Positions 36,729 through 47,500 of a stretch of 64,000 bases of DNA are shown one piece after another. Numbering within the stretch: position 1 is the stretch's first letter; each line of letters starts with the position of its first letter. This stretch comes from Calditrichales bacterium. GTDB lineage: Bacteria; Calditrichota; Calditrichia; Calditrichales; J004. The stretch covers positions 4,096,001 through 4,160,000 of the forward strand of contig OZ254086.1 of the NCBI GenBank assembly GCA_965267575.1, in the 5' to 3' direction. The notes below the pieces were generated by a model, which did not search any database, was not told where the DNA came from, and worked only from the letters and a program-made list of their open reading frames with translations. A program made the translations under genes and the position numbers.

Positions 36729-39700
36729 ATGGATCATCTGGATCACATAAACATGGAAATGGATATTGCCGTTATCGGCATGGCGGGGCGTTTTCCCGGG
36801 GCGGATGACCTCGACGCGTTCTGGCAGGTCCTGAAAGAGGGCAAAGAGTCGGTCACCCATTTTAGCAAAGAGCAGCTAAAAGAGGCCGGCGTGCCCGATG
36901 AACTGCTTAACGACCCTGCCTATGTCCGCACCCGCGGAACGATCAGTGATCCGGACGGCTTTGATGCTTTTTTGTTTGATTATTCACCCTCCGAAGCGGA
37001 GATCATCGATCCGCAGCAGCGCGTTTTTCTTGAGACTGTCTGGCAAGCCCTGGAGCACGGCGGTTACAATCCGTATAGTTATGGCGGGCTGATTGGTTTG
37101 TTTGCCGGTATGAGCATGAACACCTATCTCTATCGCTACCTGCTGCAAAAAGGCGGACAGATAGGCACGGCCGAGGGTTATCAACTGGCCATTGGCAACG
37201 ACAAGGATTTTTTGACCACCCGCGTTTCCTATAAGCTTAATCTGCGCGGCCCAAGCCTGGATTTGCAGACAGCCTGCTCCACGTCGCTGGTTGCCATCCA
37301 CGTGGCCTGCCAGAACCTGCTGAACTTCAGCTGCGATATGGCGCTGGCCGGCGGCGTTTCGGTTACCATGCCGCAGGAACAGGGCTATCTTTACCAGGAA
37401 GGCATGATCCTTTCTCCCGACGGACATTGCCGCGCGTTTGACGCCAAAGCCGGCGGCACGATCAGCGGCAACGGTGTAGGTGTTGTACTGCTTAAACGCA
37501 TGGAAGACGCCATCGCCGACGGCGATACAATCCACGCAGTTATTAAAGGCAGCGCCTACAACAACGATGGCTCCGAGCGTGTGGGCTATACGGCGCCCAG
37601 CGTGGATGGCCAGGCCGATGTGATCGCCACGGCGCAAGCCATATCCGAAGTAGAGCCGCAAAGTATCAGCTACATTGAAGCCCACGGTACCGGCACCGAG
37701 ATGGGAGATCCTATTGAGATTGCCGCGCTGACGCAGATATTCCGCGAGAAGACCGACAAAAAACAGTTCTGCGCCATTGGTTCAGTCAAAAGCAACATCG
37801 GGCATTTGGATGCCGCCGCCGGCGTTGCCGGATTTATAAAAACCGTCCTGGCGTTAAAATATGGACAAATCCCGCCCAGCGTCCATTTTGAAAAACCCAA
37901 CCCGCGGCTGGAGCTGGAAAATTCACCCTTTTTTGTAAACGATAAGTTGCGCGACTGGCACTGTGACGAAGCGCCGCGCCGGGCCGCGGTCAGTTCCTTC
38001 GGGATTGGCGGTACCAACGCACACGTGATTTTGCAGGAAGCGCCACCCGCAGGGCAAAAAGCAAAGTCATCCGGTCCGTATTTGCTGGCGCTTTCCGCCA
38101 AAACAGCCAGCGCACTGGACACAGCCACAAAAAGCCTGGGGCAGTTTCTCAGCCAAAATGATATCGACCTGGCTGATGCGGCATATACCCTGTCCACTGG
38201 CCGCAGGCATTTCAGTCAGCGCCGCATTGCCATCGTAAAAGACCGTGATGATGCAGCGGCAGTGCTGGGCAATATTGACCCTAAGCGTATACTGAACCGC
38301 GCGCACGGTAAAGATCCCGCGCCACCCGCAGTAGCCTTCATGTTTTCCGGGCAGGGCGCCCAGTATGTCAACATGGGCTATGGGATTTATCATTCCGAGC
38401 CGGTTTTCCGTAAGGCCGTGGATGAATGCTGTGAAAAGCTGCGTCCTTTCCTCGATCTTGATTTGAAAGAGCTGCTCTATCCCCTGCCGGGCCGTGGGGA
38501 GAAAGCAACAGAAAAACTGAACCAGACGCGCTACACGCAACCGGCGCTTTTCGTTGTGGAATATGCCATGGCGCGATTGCTTCAGGCCTACGGCATTGAG
38601 CCGGCGGCGATGGTGGGTCATTCCATCGGAGAATATGTGGCGGCGCATTTATCAGGTGTTTTATCCCTTGATGACGCGCTGAAGGTTGTGGCCGAGCGCG
38701 GACGGCTGATGCAGGAGATGCCCACCGGCAGCATGCTCAGCGTTGACATGGACCAGCAAAAAATAGCAGCCTATATCTCGGGCGATATCTCGCTGGCGGC
38801 GATCAACAGCCGCAACAGCAGCGTTGTGTCCGGCCCCGATGCGGCAATCGACGCTTTGCAAAAAAAGCTGGAAGAGCAGGAAATTGGCTGCCGCAAGCTG
38901 CACACGTCACATGCCTTTCACTCGGCGATGATGGAACCGGCGGCGCAGAAGTTTAAAGAATTTGTAAAAAGTCTAACGCTTAATACGCCGGAAAAGCCCT
39001 ATCTCTCCAACCTGACCGGAAACTGGATCAGCGCGGAAGAGGCTGTTTCCGCCGACTACTACGCGCAGCACTTGAGAAACGCGGTGCGCTTTAATGACAA
39101 CCTGTCGCATCTGCTGCAGGACGAAGGCACCGTGCTGCTGGAAGTCGGACCGGGCAAGACACTTTCTTCTCTGGCAAAACGCCACGCCGATGCCGGTCTG
39201 GGCCGGACGATCATCCCCACCCTGCGCCATCCGCAGGATGAAAGCGATGACCGCGGCTTCTGGCTGCAAAGTGTTGGTCTGTTGTGGCTGGCCGGCGCCG
39301 CGATCGACTTTAAACAGATGTATGAAAAACAGCAGCCGCGGCGTGTTCCCCTGCCCGGCTATCCTTTTGAACGGCAGCGCTTCTGGCTGCAGGGCGCGGA
39401 CAAATCCGCGGTAATGCCCGGCGTTTCAACGACCACAAGCAGCGACAGCCCCGGAGAATGGTTCTACCAGGAGCTGTGGAAACAACTTCCGCATGCCGCT
39501 TCGAAGGGCGATTCCAAAAAACTCACGGTGTTTGACCTCAGTGGAAAGTGCGCTGCGCTTTTCGATAAGGCTCACGACTACAATGACCTGAGTTCCCAAA
39601 AAGAAATAGACAAAAACTATTTCAAAGAAGCGTTGAGCACTGCCGGCGAAAAACAGCACTTTCTGTTTGTGGCGGATAACGCCCTTTCGCCTCGCAAAAA

Positions 39701-41186
39701 TTACAATGCCCTGCTGGCGTTATTGCAGAGCCTGGATTCGAAGCCTGCATCGCTGTCTCTGCTCACGCAGAATCTGTTCTTTGTTCTGGGAAATGAACAA
39801 GGTTCCACAGCCGCGGGAGCCCTGACCGGTTTGCTCAAAGTGGCACAGTTGGAGCTGAGCGAATTTGACTACCGGCATATCGACGTGGATGATTTCGGAA
39901 ATCCGCTGCTGCTGAAAGAACTGTTACGGGAAGGAAAAGAAAGCTCCGTGGCCCTGCGCGGCAAGAAGCGCTGGACCCCGGTTTTCGAGAAAACAGCGAC
40001 AAACGCTTTGGATAAAATTGAAGACCAGCCCGTGATCGTCATAAGCGGCGGCAGCGGAAATCTTGCCAGCCTGATGGTGGAAACGCTCTCTGAAAAAGGC
40101 CCGGCTAATTTTGTATTGGTTGCGCGCTCGCTTTTCCCGGCACAGGAAACATGGAAAGAGATCGATGACAGTGATCCGGGATTGAAGAGACGCATTCAGT
40201 GCTTTCAGCGGGCGATAGACAACGGCAGCAGTTTACGCTTTTTCGATGCCGATGTCGCCGATGAACCGGCGCTGCGCAGCGTGCTGGATACCGCGCGTGA
40301 TTCATTCGGCAAAATAGATTGGTTTATCCATGCCGCGGGTTCTGTGGGCAGCAGCGTTTTTCAACCGCTGTCGGATATCGGCCCGCAGGATGTTGACAGG
40401 CAGTTTCGCGCCAAGGTGGATGCGGTAGATCTGCTAAAAAAGATCACAACTGATTATGGTATCAAGCGCGTGATCCTGCAATCTTCGCTCTCCACCGTAC
40501 TGGGCGGACTTGGATTTGGACACTACGCCGCCGCCAACAGCTACCTGGACGCGGTCGTGCATCATCACGGTACAGATGCCATGTGGCAGGTGCTGGATTG
40601 GGACGGCTGGCATTTTGATGAAGGGGGCGCTGACCACAAATACGGCATCACTACGCAAAAGGGACGCGAAACAATTCTGCGGGCTTTCGGAGAAACTGAG
40701 AGCGCGCGCCTGGTCGTATCCACCGCGGATATTGAAACTCGTCGGCAGGAGGCCCTGCAGCAGCTTAGCGGACAAACCGGCACTTCGCAGCCCGACAATC
40801 TTTACCAGAGGCCAAATTTACCCACGCCCTACGCAGCACCGGAGACGGAATTGCAAAAAGAGGTCGCCGGCGTCTGGCAAAACCTGCTTGGCATCGGGCA
40901 AATCGGTATTTATGATGATTTCTTCGACCTGGGCGGGAACTCGCTGATGGGTACACAGCTTATTTCCAGGCTGCGCGATACCTTTAAAGTGGAGCTGCCA
41001 ATCCGGGCACTTTTTGAAGATCCCACCATTTCCGGCGTCTGCAAAGTTATTGAACAGGAAAAGGATAGCGGTTCCGGCGATGACGACATGAGCCGCATGC
41101 TTAAGGAGCTTGAGGAGATGGACAGCAGCGACGTGCAGGAAATGCTGGAAAAGAGAAGAAACAAAGGCGATCAGCCGGAGAAATAA
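36729..41186 (+). CDS. Type I PKS module: KS-AT-KR-carrier
   Basis: KS GNDKD and LQTACSTS (signature of KSs that accept peptidyl chains); AT GHSIG, HAFH (malonyl type); KR GGSGNLA, HYAAAN; carrier GGNSL. Confidence 0.92.
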   Translation: MDHLDHINMEMDIAVIGMAGRFPGADDLDAFWQVLKEGKESVTHFSKEQLKEAGVPDELLNDPAYVRTRGTISDPDGFDAFLFDYSPSEAEIIDPQQRVFLETVWQALEHGGYNPYSYGGLIGLFAGMSMNTYLYRYLLQKGGQIGTAEGYQLAIGNDKDFLTTRVSYKLNLRGPSLDLQTACSTSLVAIHVACQNLLNFSCDMALAGGVSVTMPQEQGYLYQEGMILSPDGHCRAFDAKAGGTISGNGVGVVLLKRMEDAIADGDTIHAVIKGSAYNNDGSERVGYTAPSVDGQADVIATAQAISEVEPQSISYIEAHGTGTEMGDPIEIAALTQIFREKTDKKQFCAIGSVKSNIGHLDAAAGVAGFIKTVLALKYGQIPPSVHFEKPNPRLELENSPFFVNDKLRDWHCDEAPRRAAVSSFGIGGTNAHVILQEAPPAGQKAKSSGPYLLALSAKTASALDTATKSLGQFLSQNDIDLADAAYTLSTGRRHFSQRRIAIVKDRDDAAAVLGNIDPKRILNRAHGKDPAPPAVAFMFSGQGAQYVNMGYGIYHSEPVFRKAVDECCEKLRPFLDLDLKELLYPLPGRGEKATEKLNQTRYTQPALFVVEYAMARLLQAYGIEPAAMVGHSIGEYVAAHLSGVLSLDDALKVVAERGRLMQEMPTGSMLSVDMDQQKIAAYISGDISLAAINSRNSSVVSGPDAAIDALQKKLEEQEIGCRKLHTSHAFHSAMMEPAAQKFKEFVKSLTLNTPEKPYLSNLTGNWISAEEAVSADYYAQHLRNAVRFNDNLSHLLQDEGTVLLEVGPGKTLSSLAKRHADAGLGRTIIPTLRHPQDESDDRGFWLQSVGLLWLAGAAIDFKQMYEKQQPRRVPLPGYPFERQRFWLQGADKSAVMPGVSTTTSSDSPGEWFYQELWKQLPHAASKGDSKKLTVFDLSGKCAALFDKAHDYNDLSSQKEIDKNYFKEALSTAGEKQHFLFVADNALSPRKNYNALLALLQSLDSKPASLSLLTQNLFFVLGNEQGSTAAGALTGLLKVAQLELSEFDYRHIDVDDFGNPLLLKELLREGKESSVALRGKKRWTPVFEKTATNALDKIEDQPVIVISGGSGNLASLMVETLSEKGPANFVLVARSLFPAQETWKEIDDSDPGLKRRIQCFQRAIDNGSSLRFFDADVADEPALRSVLDTARDSFGKIDWFIHAAGSVGSSVFQPLSDIGPQDVDRQFRAKVDAVDLLKKITTDYGIKRVILQSSLSTVLGGLGFGHYAAANSYLDAVVHHHGTDAMWQVLDWDGWHFDEGGADHKYGITTQKGRETILRAFGETESARLVVSTADIETRRQEALQQLSGQTGTSQPDNLYQRPNLPTPYAAPETELQKEVAGVWQNLLGIGQIGIYDDFFDLGGNSLMGTQLISRLRDTFKVELPIRALFEDPTISGVCKVIEQEKDSGSGDDDMSRMLKELEEMDSSDVQEMLEKRRNKGDQPEK

Positions 41187-41197
41187 CAAAGATTTAT

Positions 41198-44100
41198 ATG
41201 AATAACATCGCTCATCAAATTATGAATCTCCCGCCCGAAAAGCGGGAGCTTTTTGAATTAATGCTGATGGAAAAGGGTGTCGAACCGTCGCAGATACCTA
41301 TCCTGGCCCGCGCTGATAAAAGCGCCGATATCCCGCTTTCCTATTCACAGCAACGCCTGTGGTTTCTGGACCGCCTGGAGCCCGACAATCCGCTATACAA
41401 CATTTCCATACCGGTGCACATTAAAGGCCGGCTCAATGTTGTGGCAATGGAAAGATCGCTGCAATGGATCATGGACAGACATAAGGTGCTGAAAACGCGC
41501 TTTGCCGAAAAAGAGGGTCAACCCGTGCAGATCATCGACGACAAAATGACGCTGCAGCTGGAAACGAAAGATATCTCCGGTATGGATGACGCGCTCATTC
41601 AGGATATGATCAATGAAGAGGCGCGGCGGACATTCAACCTGGGCAAAGGTCCCCTGTTACGCGCCACCCTGCTGAAAAAAGCAGCGGATGAAAATATCGC
41701 CATTCTTACCATGCACCACATCGTATCGGACAACTGGTCAACCGGCCTGCTGATCCGTGAGTTTATGCGCGCCTATCCCGCCTATGCCGCAGGCAAACAG
41801 CCACAAGCGGATCCTTTGCCTGTCCAGTATGCCGATTTCGCCGCCTGGCAGAGAAAATGGATCGCGGGCAAAACCCTGGACAAGCAGCTGACCTACTGGC
41901 AGGCGCAACTGGCCGATGGCGAAGGTCTTCTGGAAATGCCCTGGGACCATCCGCGGCCCTCTTTCCAAACCTACAATGGCAGCGCCCTCACCTTTACACT
42001 GGAAAAAGATAAAGTCGACGCATTAAAAACCCTGGCGGATAAACATGACGCGACGCTGTTTATGGTGCTGGCAGCCCTGTACAATGTGTTCCTGCACAAA
42101 TATTCAGCGGCTGACCGCATCGCCATCGGCACACCGATCGCCAACCGCAATCGCCGCGAAACCGAAGAATTAATCGGCTTTTTTATAAACACGCTGGTGC
42201 TGCATACGGACCTTGCCGGCGATCCTTCCTTTGCTGAACTCATGAAACGCACAAAGGAAGTGACCATCGGCGCTTACGACCACCAGGATGTGCCGTTCGA
42301 GAATGTTGTTGAAAAAATCGACCCGCCGCGGGACACCAGCTACACGGCACTTTTCCAGAATATGCTGGTACTCAACAACGCGCCGATTGACAAGCTGACG
42401 CTGGAAGGGCTTGAACTGCAGGTATTGGAGCCGGACAATCATACATCAAAATTTGACCTGATTTTTAACTTCACCGAAGAGGACGGCCGGCTTAAAGCAA
42501 AGATTGAATACAACACCGACCTTTATCACAGCGACACCATTGAAAAAATGCGTCTTCATTTTGAGATGATCAGCGACCAGGTGCTGGCAAACGACGGCAT
42601 CACCCTGTCCAAGATCAGCCTGCTGAGTGAGAATGAAAAGAAACGCTTGTTAAGCGAATGGGCCGTCAGCGCGCGCACGGTGAATTCCGAAAAACTGTTG
42701 CCGCACATTATCCTTGAAACCGCCGGCAGAAACGCCGGGCGCAAAGCGATCAAAACCGTTCACTCAGCGCTCAGTTATGGAGAGCTGCAAAAACAGCTTC
42801 AGAGTGTCGCATCCTTTTTGAGCGATTGTGGCATACAGCGCGGCCAGGTTGTTGCCGTGCTGGCGGGCAGAACACCACAGCTCGTAAGCGCCATGCTTGG
42901 CATTATGCAATATGGCGCCACTTACCTGCCGCTGGATCCGACCTATCCCGATGAGCGCCTGCGCTTTATGCTGGAGGACAGCAATGCCGCGCTGGTTCTG
43001 GGCGATGAGCGCTATTCCGATAAAGCACAGACCCTTTCGAAAGTGCCTTTTACGGCCTTTAATGAGATTTCTGAAAAAGCCTTTAGGGGCGAGCCACTGA
43101 CGGGCGAACTGCCCGCTTACATGATCTACACCTCAGGAACTTCAGGCCAGCCCAAGGGCGTAATCGTCAGCCACAAAACGATTACCGACCATGTGCTGGA
43201 CATGGCCGGGCATTTCGGGATCAATGAAAACGATACCGTTTTACAATTCGCGGCGCTCAACTTTGACGCTTCACTGGAGCAGATATTGCCGGGACTTTGT
43301 GTGGGAGCCACCGTTTTCTTGCGCGATGAAGAGGTATGGCCTGTGGACAGCTTCCTGGACAAAATAGAGCAGCACGGCCTGACCGTAGTCAATCCGCCAA
43401 CGGCATACTGGCAACAATGGGTGCAGCACCTTAAGCAGAGCGAAAACCTGAACACGCCGCAGCATTTGCGTCTTGTTATCGCCGGGGGAGACGTAATGAA
43501 AAAAGATGTATTGTCCGCCTGGCACGACTCGCCATTATCTTCTGTGCGCCTGCTTAATGCCTACGGACCCACGGAAGCCTGTATCACGGCTACTACATAT
43601 GAGGCCGGTGCCGACAACGATTTAAGCGGTTCACGCGTGCCCATCGGCAGGCCCTGCGCCAACCGCAATGTTTACGTGCTGGATCGCTACGGCAAACCTG
43701 TACCGGCGGGCTTTCCAGGCGAATTGTGTATTGGCGGTGAAATTCTGGCCACGGGCTACCACAACCGGCCGGCACTTACGGCACAGCACTTCACGGTAGA
43801 TCCTTTCCTGCCGGCTGAAAAGGCGCGCATGTACAAAACCGGCGATCGCGTGCGTTTTAACGGCAAAGGCGACCTGGAATTTCTGGGCCGTGTTGATGAA
43901 CAGGTCAAGATCCGCGGTTTTCGTATTGAGCCCGGCGAGGTCGAGCAGGTCTTGCGTGAGCATGACGCCATAAAAGATGCTTTGGTCCTGCCATCTGTAC
44001 ACGCCGGCGAAAAGGCCCTGTTTGCCTGGTATATTGCCCAAAGCGATGATCTGCAGGTAAATGAACTGCGTGGCTTTCTGAAAAAACGGCTGCCCGAGTA

Positions 44101-44560
44101 CATGATACCGGTTGCCTTTGTCAAGGTGGACAGTTTTCCGCAAACACCCGCAGGCAAAATCGACAAACGGGCACTGCCCTTCCCCGAGGATATGCGCACA
44201 CAGCTCAGCAGTGAATACGTCGCACCGCGCACCGACAGCGAGAAAAAACTCGCCGCTATTGTCGGCAGCTTGCTCAAACTGGAGAATGTCGGAATCCATG
44301 ACAACTTTTTTGAACTCGGCGGCCACTCGATGATGGGCACCCGGGTCATCTCTGAAATTAGCAGCGAGTTTAGCGTGGAGCTGCCTCTGCGTGTTTTGTT
44401 TGAGAAGCCGACGGTAGCCGGAATCGCTGACGCCATTATGGAAGCCCAGGCAATGCTTACCGACGAAGACGAACTCGATGAAATGCTCTCCAGCCTTGAG
44501 GGTCTGGATGAAGAAGAAATCAATAAGCTCCTGAATGATGATAAGGAACAGAACGGTTAA
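41198..44560 (+). CDS. NRPS: C-A(Arg/basic-like)-PCP
   Basis: LSYSQQRLWFL, HHIVSDNW, YTSGTSGQPKG, code read as DAENIGAITK, GGHS. Confidence 0.92.
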   Translation: MNNIAHQIMNLPPEKRELFELMLMEKGVEPSQIPILARADKSADIPLSYSQQRLWFLDRLEPDNPLYNISIPVHIKGRLNVVAMERSLQWIMDRHKVLKTRFAEKEGQPVQIIDDKMTLQLETKDISGMDDALIQDMINEEARRTFNLGKGPLLRATLLKKAADENIAILTMHHIVSDNWSTGLLIREFMRAYPAYAAGKQPQADPLPVQYADFAAWQRKWIAGKTLDKQLTYWQAQLADGEGLLEMPWDHPRPSFQTYNGSALTFTLEKDKVDALKTLADKHDATLFMVLAALYNVFLHKYSAADRIAIGTPIANRNRRETEELIGFFINTLVLHTDLAGDPSFAELMKRTKEVTIGAYDHQDVPFENVVEKIDPPRDTSYTALFQNMLVLNNAPIDKLTLEGLELQVLEPDNHTSKFDLIFNFTEEDGRLKAKIEYNTDLYHSDTIEKMRLHFEMISDQVLANDGITLSKISLLSENEKKRLLSEWAVSARTVNSEKLLPHIILETAGRNAGRKAIKTVHSALSYGELQKQLQSVASFLSDCGIQRGQVVAVLAGRTPQLVSAMLGIMQYGATYLPLDPTYPDERLRFMLEDSNAALVLGDERYSDKAQTLSKVPFTAFNEISEKAFRGEPLTGELPAYMIYTSGTSGQPKGVIVSHKTITDHVLDMAGHFGINENDTVLQFAALNFDASLEQILPGLCVGATVFLRDEEVWPVDSFLDKIEQHGLTVVNPPTAYWQQWVQHLKQSENLNTPQHLRLVIAGGDVMKKDVLSAWHDSPLSSVRLLNAYGPTEACITATTYEAGADNDLSGSRVPIGRPCANRNVYVLDRYGKPVPAGFPGELCIGGEILATGYHNRPALTAQHFTVDPFLPAEKARMYKTGDRVRFNGKGDLEFLGRVDEQVKIRGFRIEPGEVEQVLREHDAIKDALVLPSVHAGEKALFAWYIAQSDDLQVNELRGFLKKRLPEYMIPVAFVKVDSFPQTPAGKIDKRALPFPEDMRTQLSSEYVAPRTDSEKKLAAIVGSLLKLENVGIHDNFFELGGHSMMGTRVISEISSEFSVELPLRVLFEKPTVAGIADAIMEAQAMLTDEDELDEMLSSLEGLDEEEINKLLNDDKEQNG

Positions 44561-44563
44561 TTC

Positions 44564-47500
44564 ATGTCTGATATAAGTAAAAAACTAGAAAAGCTGACAC
44601 CCGCGCAACGGGAGCTTTTGCTGAAAAAGCTGCAGCAGAAGAACAAGGACAGCGCTGTTCGCAAAATAGAGCCGCGGGAAGATAAAAGCGTCTACCCCAT
44701 GTCCGCGGGTCAGAACCGCTTGTGGTTCTTGCAGCAGATGGACGCCGGCAGCGGCTTTTACAATCTCCCGCTGGCCATTCGTATCATTGGAAAACCGGAT
44801 AAGCAGGCCTTTGAAAAAGCCATTAATGCCGTTGTGCAAAAGCATGACATCTTACGTGCATTTTATGTTACAAATAAGAGTGGTCAGCCTGTTCAGCAGG
44901 TAAAGAACGACGCGTATGTGGCGATGGAGACCAGCACTGTTTCCGCATCAGGCGCAGAAGAAATCGCCAAAGAAAAAGAAGAGATATTACGCAAACTGGC
45001 TTCTCAGCCTATCTCATTGGAAAAAGCGCCTCTGCTGCGCGCGCACCTGATTGAAATAAGGCCAGATGAACACATTTTTCTGCTGAACATGCACCATATC
45101 ATCAGCGACGGCTGGTCCGTGGGCGTCATGGTGCAGGAAATCATACTCAATTATAAGGCGACAGCGGGAAACGGGTCTTATGAAAACAGCTCGCCGCGTC
45201 TGCAATTTGCCGATTACGCCGACTGGCTGGACAAAAACGAAGACAAAACAAAGCTTGACAAGCAGCTGCAATTCTGGAAAGAGTACCTGGCTGAGATGCC
45301 TGTACTTCTGGAGCTGCCGACGGACAGACCGCGACCGGCAATACCTCATTTCCGAGGAAAGCACGTTGTTTTTGATATATCATCCGGAACCACAAAGCGA
45401 CTACGGGAAATAAGCCGCGAAAACAATATCTCTCTGTTCATGCTGATGCTTGCCGCCTTTCAGACCTTTTTGTATCGCATAAGCGGACAAAAGGATTTTG
45501 GCGTGGGTGCGCCCGTAGCCAATCGTAACCGGCCCGAATTGCAGGAAATGGTGGGCTTTCTGGTGAATACCGTCACCGTGCGTTCGCGTTTTGAAGCCCC
45601 CGTCAGCTTTTTGGAACTGGCACGTCGCGTAAAAAATGAGCTGCTTGAAGCCACAAGCAACCAGGATATCCCTTTTGAACGCATTGTTGAAGCGCTGGTG
45701 CCTGAGCGCGACCTGAGCCACTCACCGCTTTTCCAGGTGATGTTTGATCTTCAAAAGCCACCTTTTGAACATTTTAAGCTGGACGGCTTGTCGCTTCATC
45801 TGGAAGATCTGCCGATAGATGTGGCCAAATTTGACCTGATGCTGCTGGGCAGCGAGTTGGAAAATAACATCCGCTGCAACCTGGAATACAGCACCGATAT
45901 TTTTGACGATCAAACCGCACATAATTTTGCGCGCTACTTTGAACACATGCTGAATGAGCTGGCCGCTAATCCCTCGGCCGCCGTGCAAGAGTGCAGCCTT
46001 ATCGATGACCGGCAACAAGAGCATGTGCTGGAAAAACTGGCACGGACAGCAACGGACTATCCCGGAGGGACGCCGGTTCATAAGCTTTTTGAACAAATCG
46101 CCGCCACCAACCCCGACAAAACCGCGTTGCAGGAAAACGGAAAAACTCTTACTTACGGGCAGCTGAATGAATCAGCCAACCGCCTGGCCCATTACCTGCG
46201 CAAACGCGGCGCGGAACCGGAAAAAATGGTGGCGCTCTTTGCCGAGAAAAGCATTGAGACGGTCATCGCTATCCTGGGCATTCTGAAATCGGGCAGCGCT
46301 TATCTGCCGCTTGACACATCCTATCCTTCAGAGCGCATCGCGTTTATGCTGGACGATTGTGACACCGATCTGATCATCACTGTCAGTTCGCTAAAACAAA
46401 ATCTGCCTGAATCCGCCGGCAACATATTTTTGCTTGATGATGACTGGCCGCTGCTGGAAAAGGAATCCACAGACAATCCCGATGTTGCCGTTGCGGGCGA
46501 CAACGTGGCCTACGTGATGTACACGTCCGGTTCAACGGGAATCCCCAAGGGTGTAAGCGTACGCCATAAAAGTATTGTCCGATTGGTTAAAAACAGCAAT
46601 TACGCGCGCATGGATGAGCATCAGGTTTTTCTGCTGCTGGCCCCTGTCTCGTTCGACGCATCCACGCTGGAATTGTGGGGCAGCCTGCTGAACGGAGCCA
46701 AACTGGTTATTCTGCCGGTTGCCAAGCCATCATTCGCGCAAATCGCTGAAACAATCGAAAAAGGAAAAATTTCCATACTGTGGCTTACCGCCGGGCTTTT
46801 TCATTACATGGTGGAAGAATACCCGGATGCGCTGGCACAGGTAAAGCAGCTGCTGGCCGGAGGTGATGTGCTGTCTCCGGAGCACGTTAAAAAAATGCTG
46901 GCGCTGGGGGGCGATCAAACCCTGATAAACGGCTACGGGCCAACCGAAAATACCACTTTCACTTGCTGCCATCCGATGGAAAAAGACGCCGCAGTGAATC
47001 ACACGGTGCCTATCGGCAAGCCTATCGCCAACACGTCGGTTTTTATCCTTGACGAAAATTTCCGGGTGTGCCCCCAAGGCGTTCCGGGTGAACTTTTTAT
47101 CGGCGGAGACGGCCTGGCACGGGGTTATCTTAACCGTCCTTCGTTGACGGCCGAACGCTTTGTGCCCAATCCGCACGGCCCCCAAGGCTCGCGTATGTAC
47201 AGCACGGGCGATCTGGTAAAGCTTAATGCCAAGGGAGTGATAGAATTTCTGGGCCGGCTTGATACACAGGTAAAAATACGCGGCTTCCGCATTGAACCCG
47301 GGGAAATCGAAAGCACGCTCAAGCAGCATCCGTCAATCAGCGATGCTGTTGTAATTGTCCGCGAAGATAAACCGGGCGATAAGCAGCTTGTTGCCTACCT
47401 GATTGCCGACGGCGATAAAGAGCATTTTGAGCAGCTGGCAGCATGGCTTGCTGAAAAAATGCCCTCTTACATGGTGCCTTCGCACTTCAGCTACCTGGAA

